A stretch of DNA of 64,000 nucleotides from a bacterium (GTDB taxonomy: Bacteria > UBA8248 > JACPRG01 > G963555815): the NCBI GenBank assembly GCA_965261595.1, contig CBDHDG010000005.1:16977-80976 (forward strand), written 5' to 3'. The notes below the pieces were generated by a model. It was not told where the DNA came from. It did no database searches and worked only from the letters and a program-made list of their open reading frames with translations. Below, piece after piece: positions 9,654-19,112 of this stretch (position 1 is the stretch's first letter; each line of letters starts with the position of its first letter). The position numbers were made by a program, and so were the translations under genes.

Positions 9654-10577
9654 TCAGGCGGCGACGCACTGGACCGGGATACCGAGCTTGCGCGCCTTGT
9701 CGACCAGATTGTCGGTGATGCCCGAGCCCGGGAACGCGATGACGCCCTTGGGGAGGAGATCGAGCAGCTCGTCATTGCGCCGGAAGGGCGCCGCGCGTCC
9801 GTGTGCGTCCCAGTTGGGCTTGCAGACGATCTGGTGGACGCCGTTGCGGTCCGCCCACTTGGCCGCGATCTTCTCGACGCCGGGACCACCGCCGTGGACC
9901 AGGACCACATCGTCGTACTTGGCCTTGAGCTTCTCGAGGGTGCGGATGATGGCGCCTGCGTCGCCGGTCTGCTTGCCGCCTGCCACCGCGACGAGCGTTC
10001 CCTGGGGCAGGAGCGCCTTGTTCTCGCGGTCCCTGCGGGCACGCTGGAAGTCGCGGGCGTCGATCATGGCCGAAGTGAGCTTGCCGGTCTGGGAGGTGTG
10101 GGACCCGCGCCGGGGCCGCCAGAGGTCTCCGGTCTCGACCCGGTAGGCCTCGGCCGCTGCATCTCTGAGTTGCTCGAAGGCGTCCCGCCGGTCCGTGAGG
10201 TTCTTGGTTCGGTCGGTGACGAGTTCGAGCTCTCGGGACCGGATCTCCGAGCCGTCCTGCTCTCGCTGGAGGTCGCGCATGTCGGGGAGGAGCCTGTCGG
10301 CCGCGCGGTCGAGGCGTTGGGTCTGGGCGTCGAGCATGTTGACGAATCCCCAGAGCAGGCTCTCGCGCTCGTCGGCGAGTTGCGTTCCGTCGGGCGCGAC
10401 GCCGTGTGCCATGATGCGGAAGGCTTCCGTGACGGCGGAGAGGGCGTTCTCCGGGTCCCAGACCTCCCGGTTGTCGAATTCGTCGCGCTCCGGGGTTGCT
10501 CCGAAGAGAGCCGCCTGGTCGCAGACGGTGGCGGTGACGGACTGGTTCTGTTCTGAGATGTTGTCGATATCGTGCAT
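9654..10577 (-). CDS. DUF2493 (SLOG-like) domain protein typical of conjugative elements
   Basis: C-terminal VLVHGGGPGVEKIAAKWADRNGVHQIVCKPNWDAHGRAAPFRRNDELL...AFPGSGITDNLVDKARKLGIPV matches the DUF2493 pattern. Start taken at MHDIDN (10577). Confidence 0.75.
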   Translation of the reverse strand: MHDIDNISEQNQSVTATVCDQAALFGATPERDEFDNREVWDPENALSAVTEAFRIMAHGVAPDGTQLADERESLLWGFVNMLDAQTQRLDRAADRLLPDMRDLQREQDGSEIRSRELELVTDRTKNLTDRRDAFEQLRDAAAEAYRVETGDLWRPRRGSHTSQTGKLTSAMIDARDFQRARRDRENKALLPQGTLVAVAGGKQTGDAGAIIRTLEKLKAKYDDVVLVHGGGPGVEKIAAKWADRNGVHQIVCKPNWDAHGRAAPFRRNDELLDLLPKGVIAFPGSGITDNLVDKARKLGIPVQCVAA

Positions 10578-11379
10578 GATGCTCTCCTTCCGGGTAGAGG
10601 GTTGAGAACCGTTACGGTTCGTTGTGCGGAGAGAGTCTCCGAACGTGATGGTTGAGTGGCCCACGCGCGCGCAGCAAAGTCACCGTGGCCGCAAGGCCTG
10701 GCGCGGCGAGGGGCGCGAGTGGTGCGGGCGCACAAGCGACCGCAGGGAGCGCGGAGCCTCGGTCGCGTTTCTCGCCACGCCTAGGCGCGCAGCGCCGTAG
10801 CCTTGCGAGCCAGGGCCGGAACGGAGCGGAGCGTAGTGTAGGACCCGCGGAGCGGGTTGGCGCAGCGAGCACGTGTGGGACAATGGGCCATCACGTCGAG
10901 AGGGATATTGTTTGCCACTGTCCCGGACGCCCTGTGCGGTTCCGGGATTGAGACCCGGGTCTCGGGCGCCGGCCCGGCAAGCGTAGCGCGCAGCGAGCGC
11001 CAGCGAGCGGAGGCGATAGGGATAGAAGCGCAAATCGGAGCGGAGCGGAGATTGCAGCGGGGAGCCCGGCCCGAAGGGATCGCCCGAAGACGGCATGGCC
11101 CGTCACCGCAACGGACGCGTATCGACGAGTCGCTCCGCAACCTCGCAGGCGAGATTGCCATGGTGGTAGACCCTCGACTCGTACGGGCGATGCTCCTCAA
11201 GGTAACGGATTGCATTTCGGTTCTCCTTCCGTGTTGCTGGTGCCCGGGGCCCTCTCTCTCCCTCCTCGCGGCGTTCGCCCCTCTCGCGCTTCACTCTCCC
11301 CTCCGTTCCGCCAGAACGGAGGCCGCCCATGCCGCGCGGCGCGGGCGAGGACCTGCCCATGGCAGGGCAGCGGCGCGCA

Positions 11380-11463
11380 TCAGAAGGCCAGTGGCTTGCC
11401 GTAAAGGGCCGCGAGCGCCGCCCGCAGGGCTGGCGCATGCCTGAGATTGACGATGTGCGCCAT
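11380..11463 (-). CDS. Possible 27-aa small ORF downstream of the Toprim gene
   Basis: AAGGAG lies 8 nt upstream of the ATG (11463). Sequence MAHIVNLRHAPALRAALAALYGKPLAF. No other support. Confidence 0.2.
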   Translation of the reverse strand: MAHIVNLRHAPALRAALAALYGKPLAF

Positions 11464-11504
11464 GCTCTCTTCTCCTTTGGAGCCGTTCACCCCTCCCCCG
11501 CTCT

Positions 11505-12521
11505 TCACTCCCTCTCTCCGACCCGCTGCGGCGCGGGGAACAGGGCGGCGAGCCGAAGAGCCAGGGCCCGGGGTCCGAGAGTAACCAGATCGTCGTTGAA
11601 GTCGCCGTATTCGGAGACGATGACGTGGGCGGCGACGCCCGCCCGCGCGCAGCGCCGGGCGAGGCGTTGGGCGGCCCGTTCGCCCTCGGAATCGTTGTCG
11701 CGGGCGATGACGAGCCGTTTGAGCCCGCCAGGTGGAGCGAAGGCGCTGAGGCTTCCGGCCGAGAGCGCGGCCGCCGAAATGACCCCGGGCGCCGCGGTGA
11801 CGATCGACAGCACCGTCTCGATGCCTTCGCCGACGAGCAGCGAAGCGCCGTCGGCGGGCTTGCCGAAGCACACGGCGCGTCCGTGGATGCGGCCGAGCGC
11901 CTTGCGCGGGGCCGCATCCACGGACGCCTTGGCGGGCAAGCGCGAATCGAGCCAGGTGCGCTGCACGCCTTGGATGGCGCCGTCGTCGCCGGTCACGGCG
12001 GCGACCAGCGCCGGAAAACGGCGCAGGGAAGAGCCTTCGCGATAGCGAAGCTCGGGATGGAAGCGCAATGCCGGGAACCGGCAGCGCGCGAGTCCGCGGG
12101 CGTGGAGATAGGCCTCGGCATGGGTGCCGCCGATGGCGCGGCAACCCCGCCAGAGGCGGCGGGCCGCTTCTGTTGCGTCGTAGCCCTCGCCCGGCGCCGG
12201 CGGAGCCGGCAGGGCGAGGGAGGCGCGGGCCTCGGCGAGCGCCGCGCGAAGCGTCGGCGCGCCCGAGCGATGCCGGACGAGATCGAGCAGGTCGCCGTGC
12301 TCTCCGGTGGCCGCGTCGGTCCACTTCCCGGGGACGCCGGGACCGTGCAGGCGGACGAAGAGCGAGCGGCCGCGAGCGCCTTCGAGATCACCGGCGACCC
12401 AGTACCGGCCCTGCTTTTTGCCCTGGGGCAGGTAACGCCGGCAGACGGCCTCGGCGCACGCGCCGAGCGCGGCGGCGATGTCGGCGGCGGGAGATACGGA
12501 ACGGGACGATGGGGGCGGCAT
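11505..12521 (-). CDS. Toprim-domain primase-like protein (ICE/plasmid type)
   Basis: From ATG 12521: LLVGEGIETVLSI (Toprim Glu) and VIARDNDSEGERAAQRL (DxD). N-terminal YLPQGKKQGRYWVAGD...GDLLDL as in DUF7146-type proteins. The upstream part of the 492-aa track ORF is Arg/Gly junk. Confidence 0.75.
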   Translation of the reverse strand: MPPPSSRSVSPAADIAAALGACAEAVCRRYLPQGKKQGRYWVAGDLEGARGRSLFVRLHGPGVPGKWTDAATGEHGDLLDLVRHRSGAPTLRAALAEARASLALPAPPAPGEGYDATEAARRLWRGCRAIGGTHAEAYLHARGLARCRFPALRFHPELRYREGSSLRRFPALVAAVTGDDGAIQGVQRTWLDSRLPAKASVDAAPRKALGRIHGRAVCFGKPADGASLLVGEGIETVLSIVTAAPGVISAAALSAGSLSAFAPPGGLKRLVIARDNDSEGERAAQRLARRCARAGVAAHVIVSEYGDFNDDLVTLGPRALALRLAALFPAPQRVGERE

Positions 12522-12715
12522 AACGGGCCTCCTCTGGATGGACGGGGAACGCCCGATACCGGCCGGCCTCCGCCTCCGGCCGGCGCCGGAGGGCGAAGCG
12601 CCGCGCGCAGCGCTGGCGCGAGGCCCGAACGGGCGCTGTCTCGGAACGGGCAGCAAGAAAAAGGGCCGACGCGCGAAGCGCCGGCCCAGGTAGAGGGAGG
12701 AAACGGAATGCGCGC

Positions 12716-13141
12716 TCAGAACGGGATGTCGTCCATGGGCGCTTCGGCGGACGGCGTCTCCGCCTCCGCGACCGGCGCGCCGTTGCCGTTGGGCTTGTCG
12801 AGGAACTGCACGCGCCCGCCCGGAACCAGCAGGATCTCGGTGGAGAACCGGTCGGAGTCCTCGTCGTCCTTCTTCCAGCGACGGGTCTGCAGCTTGCCCG
12901 CCACATAGACCAGCCGGCCCTTCGTCGCGTGCTTCTCGAACATGTCCACCAGCCCGGGCTGGAAGGTCACCACCCGGTGCCACTCGGTCTTGTCGACCCG
13001 GTCTCCGGTCTGCTTGTCGATGTAGCCCTCGTCGGTGGCGATCGACAGGTTCGCGACGCGTCCGCCGCTGGTGAGGTGGTTGACGGTGACGTCGGCGCCG
13101 AGGCGGCCGATCACTTCAGCGCGATTGAGTCCGAAGGCCAT
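12716..13141 (-). CDS. ssb: Single-stranded DNA-binding protein
   Basis: MAFGLNRAEVIGRLGADV...TEWHRVV OB-fold pattern and the canonical acidic tail DDIPF. AGGAGA lies 6 nt upstream of ATG 13141. Confidence 0.9.
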   Translation of the reverse strand: MAFGLNRAEVIGRLGADVTVNHLTSGGRVANLSIATDEGYIDKQTGDRVDKTEWHRVVTFQPGLVDMFEKHATKGRLVYVAGKLQTRRWKKDDEDSDRFSTEILLVPGGRVQFLDKPNGNGAPVAEAETPSAEAPMDDIPF

Positions 13142-13231
13142 GATCATTCTCCTTAGAGTTAAGGGTGTGGAAGACAACGGGTGATGTGAAAAGGGGGGAG
13201 AGCCTCTCTCTCCGGCCCCTTGGTTCACCCC

Positions 13232-13372
13232 CTAGAAAAGCTCCTCTCCTTCGCCGGTGTCGGCATGGACCGCTTCGGTGAGGATCCTGCGGATGGTGTA
13301 AGAGTCGAGGCCGATCTCGGCGAGCAGTTCGTCACCTGTGGGGAGTTCGAGGTCGAGGTCCTGGTCGATCAT
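13232..13372 (-). CDS. Possible small acidic protein (46 aa)
   Basis: MIDQDLDLELPTGDELLAEIGLDSYTIRRILTEAVHADTGEGEELF, directly upstream of ssb on the same strand. ORF evidence only. Confidence 0.25.
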   Translation of the reverse strand: MIDQDLDLELPTGDELLAEIGLDSYTIRRILTEAVHADTGEGEELF

Positions 13373-13634
13373 GGGCTTGTCTCCTGTTCCGGGATTGCAG
13401 TTCCCGGCATCGGGACCGGGAGACCGTCTCCCTCTTCCCTGCCGGGCGTTTGCCCGGCCCTTGCTTCCCTCTGGCTCGAAGGACGGTGACGGGACCCTGG
13501 GCGAGCTCAGAGGGCGCGACGGACGCCGGCAGCCGCTCGCCGACCTTGCGCGGTCTTCGCCCTCGCCCGGCTGTCGTCGAACACGGACCCGCTCGGGCTT
13601 GCGTGCGGTGCGAGTTTCGAGTCGGATAAGGCGC

Positions 13635-13901
13635 ATGGACGACCAGGGCCTCATCAAGCGGCGCGGCTTCTGGCTGCTGGCGCTCCTGTGGCTGCCCGCC
13701 GGAGTGGTCACGACGGCGGCGGTGCACTTCGCGCCGGAGGCGGAGCCGGAGGTGGAGCCCCGAATGTGGCTGTCGATGCTGCTGATGTCGACGGCGTCGC
13801 TGATGGCGGGACTGCTTGGCCCAATCGTCATCGCCGACTACGCGATGGTCTTGAGCCTTCCGGTGTGGATCGCGTGGTGGTGGCTCGCGCGGCGGGGTTG
13901 A
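13635..13901 (+). CDS. Possible small membrane protein (88 aa)
   Basis: From ATG 13635 there are two or three hydrophobic stretches (FWLLALLWLPAGVV, LSMLLMSTASLMAGLLGPIVIA, VLSLPVWIAWWWL). No homology recognised. Confidence 0.3.
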   Translation: MDDQGLIKRRGFWLLALLWLPAGVVTTAAVHFAPEAEPEVEPRMWLSMLLMSTASLMAGLLGPIVIADYAMVLSLPVWIAWWWLARRG

Positions 13902-14239
13902 GGCCGGCTGACGTCAGGCCGGCTGCGCAGCAATGCAGTCGGCTCACTGCACGGTCTTGCTATCCGGTGTGCCGTTCTCGGCGCGCATGGACCGTGCGGC
14001 CAGGGTGGTGGGAATGTAGCCGCTCATGTCGTGGATAACGATTCTGATCTGCTGTAGATCGTTGTCGAGGTCGTAGGCCGGGGAGAAGGCGTAGTAGGGG
14101 TTCTTCGGCAGGGTGTGCGCGGTCATGTGCGGGCCTCCCTTGAGGGGTCGACGGTGCGCCGGGGGGCGCGGGTGATGGTCCCCCCGCTGGCGGGCGGCAG
14201 GTCGGCAGTACGTACCCCCGGCGAGCCGGCGCATAGAGG

Positions 14240-15250
14240 TCACTGCCCCGTAAAAGACGCCATCGGTGACGTATCCGAAATAATCTCCACCTGTTGGTGG
14301 GACAGCCGCGCGAAGGCCAGACACATGGCCACCTCCTCCCAGCTGTCCCAGGTCCCGTGGTCCTCGCCCGTGGCGACCTCGATCACGGTGTAGCGAGGCG
14401 GAAGGATCGGAAGGCCCCGATGCCAGCCCGACCGCACCCAGGACCGGTGCGCGCACGGCACGCACCGCGCCGCTCCCTGAGAGGGTTCGCCACAGTCCGT
14501 GCAACGCCACCTCGCACGCCTATGGGCGTAGCGCCTTCGGCTGGCCGCGTTCTTCCGTGGATGGCGCCCGGCCTCGAGAGTCGCGCAGGGACCGCAGCGC
14601 GAGGCGTGGTCAAGGATATGTCTTCCGCACCTGCCGCACCGTCCCTCGGCCCTGCGGGCGGCATACTGCTCTTGTTCGGCCGCTTGCCGGGCGTCACGGC
14701 AAGCCCGGCAGGTCGCTCCGCCCGGGACGGGAGGACGGTTCCCGCATCGCGTGCACAGGCCGGCGGCCCGGCATGCCCGGAGGCGCTTCCTGCTTCTCTC
14801 CCGCCCGAGCCTGCGGCAGTCCTTGGGATCCCGGCCTCCGTAGAGCCTGCCGGCGGCCTTGCCCTTGGCGTACCGGGCGCGCTCGGCCTTGCGCCGCTTC
14901 TCGCCGCAGGAGCGGCACAGACTACAGTCGGGAGGAAGGGGCTCTCTTCCGCATTTGGGGCACAGGCCTTGGGCGAGGCGCTCTTTGGTGAGCCGGCGGT
15001 AGCGTTCCCGGTCATGCTCGCGGGCCTTGTCGGGGTTCTTGTAGGACACCTGTGGACGCCTCCCATCGGGGCTGGAATCGGGACGACGGACGCCCGGCCG
15101 GCGCCGGGCCGGCAGGACGTCCTGACAGAGAACGTCAATCAGTGCTTCTGCTTGCGGTCGCAGAACAATCCCGTTGCCATCCAGCCCATATGTTGCATCG
15201 ATGACAATTCCTTCTGTCCAGCAGGAGGTTGAGTAGAATTCATGCAACAT
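14240..15250 (-). CDS. Cys-rich protein with four tandem CxxC-x(7-11)-CxxC zinc-ribbon-like units
   Basis: CPKCG..CSLCRSCG, CTRCG..CRACRDA, CGRCG..CGPCAT, CTDCG..CVPCAH. The first three are followed by, and the first also preceded by, Arg-rich helices containing RY/QY (RERYRR, ERARYAK, EQEQYAAR, SRRRYAHR). Start at ATG 15250. Confidence 0.6.
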   Translation of the reverse strand: MLHEFYSTSCWTEGIVIDATYGLDGNGIVLRPQAEALIDVLCQDVLPARRRPGVRRPDSSPDGRRPQVSYKNPDKAREHDRERYRRLTKERLAQGLCPKCGREPLPPDCSLCRSCGEKRRKAERARYAKGKAAGRLYGGRDPKDCRRLGRERSRKRLRACRAAGLCTRCGNRPPVPGGATCRACRDARQAAEQEQYAARRAEGRCGRCGRHILDHASRCGPCATLEAGRHPRKNAASRRRYAHRRARWRCTDCGEPSQGAARCVPCAHRSWVRSGWHRGLPILPPRYTVIEVATGEDHGTWDSWEEVAMCLAFARLSHQQVEIISDTSPMASFTGQ

Positions 15251-15756
15251 AATTTTTCGGCACCTGTGCACGTAATCGTGCCTCCACCAACAGGGAGACG
15301 CGACTATGTCCAAAGAACTGTTCACACAACCGGACACCATCAAGGCATACCAGGCGGCACCGCTCGCTCGGGGGTGGCGATATCTTCACCATCGCACGGA
15401 ATGCAGTACCAGACCGCTTGCGTTGTAAAGATTGCCGGGACCCGATTGCGCTCGGTTCGCCTTCCTGAAATCCCTATGATTGCAAAAGGTTATGTTGCGG
15501 CGATCCGGACTTCTTCCATAGCAGTCAGAAGAATCTGTCATCGCTGCAACATATTCCGCCAGATAACATTACAGCCCCAGTACTGGACCCCGGAGTTCCG
15601 GAGGTTGATTCCGGTTGCAATGATGATCTCGTCCCGCACGGGCCGCATCTTCCGGACCGCCTGCCGAGACACGATCGTATTCGCCGCCTTGGACTGGTTC
15701 TTGGTCCTTGTGGACCGCCCCTGGGTTATTGGACACTCGGGTGAGGGTATTCGACC

Positions 15757-16674
15757 TCATGCGGCCTCCGCAACTTGAGCGAGTTTTTCCTGCCTTGCCT
15801 GGGCCGGCGTTCGGTAGCCGTAGCCCTCGAGAATCCAATGATGGTTGTACAGGTTTTTGAACTCAAGCAGCGCCCACCGCAGTTCCTCTACGGTGGCGAA
15901 AGAGCGCACCCACAGGAGATTCTCCTTCAAGATGCGGATAAACCACTCACAGTAGCCATTTCCCTCGGGCGCCCGCACGAAGCTGGGCGAACTGGTCATG
16001 CCCAGGTAGGCGATCTCCCGCTGAAAGTCATCGGACAGATAGGCGGGGCCGTGGTCGTGACGAACTTTAAGCCCCTCGGCGACGTCCGCCTCCAAGCCGG
16101 CGAAGCGCTCGGCGACCCCCTGCCGGATCGGCTCCAGGGCCTCGAAGCGGTTGCCGCTCTTGGCCGCATGGATCCCCACGCAGTCCACCGAGCAGTGATC
16201 CACCGCCACGAACACCGAGGCCACCCCCTCCTCGGTGGTCACCGTCGTCGTCATGTCCGTGCCCCACATTCGGTCGGGCCGCTCGGTGCGGATGGTCCCG
16301 TTGTGGGCCTTGGGACCTCGGGGTTTGCCCACCCGGTGGGGGGCCTGAAGCCCCGCCTCCCGCATCAGGCGACGCACCCGCTCCTTGCTGGTGCGGATGC
16401 CCGCGAAGCGCAGCCTCGCCCACACCTTGCGGTAGCCCTCGCCATGGAAGGGAGAGTCCTCCAGGACCTGCCGGATGTGGCCGAGGAGTTCCGCATCGGT
16501 GCACGGGCCCACAGGGCCGCGCTTATTGGGCGTGGGGCGTTCATGAACGGGGACCGCCTCTCGCCGCCGTTGCGCGTAGACCGTGGAGCGCGCCAAGCCC
16601 CAAAGGGCGCACACCCGCTTCAGGCCGTAGGCTCTGCCCGTGGAGGTGAAGCGGGCCTGACTCATCGCCTCCAC
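15757..16674 (-). CDS. IS3-family transposase OrfB (rve integrase core)
   Basis: DRMWGTDMT...VAVDHCSVDCVGIH...HDHGPAYLS...EGNGYCEWF gives a DDE spacing typical of IS3 OrfB. It is in the -1 frame relative to orfA. Confidence 0.9.
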   Translation of the reverse strand: MEAMSQARFTSTGRAYGLKRVCALWGLARSTVYAQRRREAVPVHERPTPNKRGPVGPCTDAELLGHIRQVLEDSPFHGEGYRKVWARLRFAGIRTSKERVRRLMREAGLQAPHRVGKPRGPKAHNGTIRTERPDRMWGTDMTTTVTTEEGVASVFVAVDHCSVDCVGIHAAKSGNRFEALEPIRQGVAERFAGLEADVAEGLKVRHDHGPAYLSDDFQREIAYLGMTSSPSFVRAPEGNGYCEWFIRILKENLLWVRSFATVEELRWALLEFKNLYNHHWILEGYGYRTPAQARQEKLAQVAEAA

Positions 16675-17048
16675 CTCCTGCCGGCTAAAGGGCGGCCGGC
16701 CTCCAGGCGGTCGATCTTCTCCCGCAGGACCTCGCCCTCCATCGTGAGTTCGCCCACCTTGGCCTTGAGCCGGGCGTTCTCCTCGGCCCGCTCATCCGCC
16801 GGGCGGGCTTTGAGCGCCGCCTCGCCCCCGCGAAGGAACGCCTCGCGCCAGGCGGAAAGCCGAGCCGCTGTCGTGCCCAACTCGCGGCAGAGCGTCTCCA
16901 GGCTCTCGCCCCGCAAAAGACGCAGGACCGCCTCCCGCTTGCGCTGGCAGGAGAACCGACCCCGCTCACTGCGATGCCCTGGGGCCTTGGCTCCGTTCGC
17001 CCTGCGGGCGCCCTCCGCCAAAGCCCCCTCTTGCTTTTGTTCGTTCAT
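16662..17048 (-). CDS. IS3-family transposase OrfA (HTH plus leucine zipper)
   Basis: MNEQKQEG...FSCQRKREAVLRLLRGESLETLCRELGTTAARLSAWREAF...ENARLKAKVGELTMEGEVLREKI. Confidence 0.85.
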   Translation of the reverse strand: MNEQKQEGALAEGARRANGAKAPGHRSERGRFSCQRKREAVLRLLRGESLETLCRELGTTAARLSAWREAFLRGGEAALKARPADERAEENARLKAKVGELTMEGEVLREKIDRLEAGRPLAGRRWRR

Positions 17049-17599
17049 CGCGACACCCCTTTCTCCATGAATCATGGATCAATCGAGTGTCCAACAAAAC
17101 CCTAGAGCGGGGGACTTGTACCCCCGGCGCGCAGGGGCCGGATGTCGCCGTCAGCCATTGACCGGAAGCGCTCGACCACGTAGCGGTCGTCATCGAGACC
17201 TTGGCCGAACAGGTGGGTGAGGAAGGTGCTTGCGTTGCCGGGATGGGTCTGGACCGTGGGCATGGTGCCGTCCTCCTTCGGGTCGATGGTTAAGAGAGGC
17301 GGCGATGCCCTCCCCGGGACATCCGTCCGCCGCCCCGCTCACGGCCCGGCTCGGCCTCTTCGCGGCGCATTGCGCGTCTGTGAATAGCGGTGGAGATGTC
17401 GTTGTGGTGAATGTTTCGGTGGGTGGGAATTCGACCCCCTCGGCCACCGCGGGCTGCCCGTGGTTCGGACGGGGGTATCCTAAATCTACCGATTCTGGGG
17501 AAAACTCACGTCCACGGGCTGTCGCCCACCTCAGGGCGGGGGCGACAACCATAACCTTTCCATCAAAACGGGATAACTCAAGTACATGAACCCCTTGGT

Positions 17600-19030
17600 G
17601 AGGGTATGCCAAACTTAGTTGAAAATTGACGGAGCGCCCCCCCAGTGGTGGAGTTGGGTTGTGTGAGATGCACATCCACCCACCGGAGGAAAGGAGACGC
17701 TCCATGAACACGGTGCGACGAGGGAAGAGGCAGGTCAAGGGTGAAGAGCCGAAGCGGGTCACGTTGGCGGATTTTGCGCTGCATGCTCCGGTGGACACGT
17801 TGGTCGAGTTGATCCAGGCGTTGATCCCTTTGGGGTTGATGGCGGTGGGGGATTGCCTGAAGGCGGACGTGGCACGCTTGGCGGGGCGCGCTACCGTCGT
17901 GGGGACGGCTTGGCCAGTCACGTGCGGTGGGGCCGTCAGCGAGGCTCGGTGTATTTGGCCGATCAGAAGCTGCCCATCCAGGTTTCTCGGGTCAGAAATC
18001 GCCTCACCGGCCAGGAGGCGCCGCTGGAGACGTACACGCGCTTGCAGAGGCCGCGCGGGGCCGATGCCGGACTGTTCCGCCGGGTGCTGAAGGGGCTGAG
18101 CTGTCGGGACTATGAGGGATGCGCCGAGGCGGTGCCCGAGGCCTTTGGGCTTTCCCCCTCGACGGTCTCGCGCCGCTTCATCCGGGCCAGCGCCCGCAAG
18201 CTCAAAGAGCTCTGCGAGCGCCCCCTGCAAGGGTATGACTTCGTGGGCCTGGTCCTGGACGGCAAGCGCTTTGAGGACGACCTCATGGTGATTGCCCTGG
18301 GCATCACGGTTCAGGGCGAAAAGGTGGTGTTGGGGTTTGTTCAGACCGGGACCGGGACCGAGCGGGCGTTGACGGCGTTTTTGCGGGAGTTGGTGGAGCG
18401 GGGGCTGCGCTCTGAGGCTGGTCTGCTCTGTGTGATCGACAGCTCCAAGGGCCTTCGGGCGGCGATTCGGCGGGTTTTTGAGGCACACGCGGTGGTGCAG
18501 CGCTGCCAGTGGCATAAGCGCGAGGGCGTGCTCAGCCACCTGCCCAAGGGCCGGCAGGGGCGCATCGGGCGGAAACTCCAGGCGGCTTATGATGAGCCCA
18601 CTTACGAGGGGGCCAAGGGGGCGCTCGGGAGGCTTCGCAAAGAGCTTGAGCTGCTCAACCGCTCGGCGGTGAAGAGCCTGGACGAAGGCCTGGAGGAGAC
18701 CTTGACGCTCCATCGCCTGGGGGTCTTTCCCATCTTGGGGAGAAGCCTGAAGACGACGAACTGCTTGGAGTCGATCATGTCGCTCATTGCTCAGCGAACG
18801 GACAGGGTGGACCACTGGCGCAACAGCGACCAGAAGCAGCGCTGGGTGGCCACGGCGCTCCTCGACATCGAGCCTCGGCTGAACCGGATCCAGGGCTGCC
18901 GGCATCTGCCGGTCTTGAGGGCCGCCATCCGCTCTACGCTCGGCCTTCGGGCTGACTGCGACGAGCGCGAGGTGGCCTAACGTGCACCCAGGGGTCACTC
19001 CGGAATTTCAACTAAGAATGGCATTGACTC
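17600..19030 (+). mobile_element. IS256-family insertion sequence no. 1 (1431 bp)
   Basis: Terminal IRs GAGGGTATGCCAAACTTAGTTGAAAAT and rc GAGTCAATGCCATTCTTAGTTGAAAT. 9-bp TSD CCCCTTGGT at 17591-17599 and 19031-19039. Confidence 0.85.
17704..18980 (+). pseudogene. IS256-family (mutator-type) transposase, frameshifted
   Basis: The N-terminus MNTVRRGKRQ...ADVARLAG (frame of ORF 17626-18090) continues as ARYRRGDGLASHVRWGRQRG...QRCQWHKREGVL... in the frame of ORF 17853-18980. The shift is near 17880-17890. Confidence 0.8.
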
Positions 19031-19112
19031 CCCCTTGGTCATCGGGAGAGAACAGATGTCGACCACCCAGACTTAGTTGGGGCGCTGAACGGTGAGATCC
19101 CTAAGCCGGTAA

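Larger units (their letters stand above)
15711..17114 (-). mobile_element. IS3-family insertion sequence, copy A (1404 bp)
   Basis: Starts TGGACCGCC... with imperfect terminal IRs (GGGTT..TTGGACACTCG at both ends). 4-bp TSD CTTG at 15707-15710 and 17115-18. orfA/orfB lie in 0/-1 frames, with CCCTTTA (rc of 16686-16692) as a possible slippery heptamer. Confidence 0.9.
15538..17263 (-). pseudogene. 105-aa ORF interrupted by IS3-family copy A
   Basis: GGAGGA plus ATG at 17263 gives MPTVQTHPGNASTFLTHLFGQGLDDDRYVVERF...RAGGT. This joins in frame across the IS (removing 15711-17114 and one CTTG) to RTKNQSKAANT...WRNMLQR, with the stop at 15538-15540. Confidence 0.5.

Noticed and set aside
9363-10556. 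397-aa plus-strand ORF opposite the DUF2493 gene
   Set aside because: It is the antisense shadow of a gene with clear DUF2493 motifs, and its composition is low-complexity.
15775-17070. 431-aa ORFs antisense to each IS3-family copy (also at 26939-28234 and 55795-57090)
   Set aside because: They are mirror ORFs of the orfA/orfB transposase genes, with no independent support.
17190-18998. 602-aa minus-strand ORF across IS256-family element 1
   Set aside because: It is antisense to the recognisable transposase and runs through the IS boundary and the TSD.
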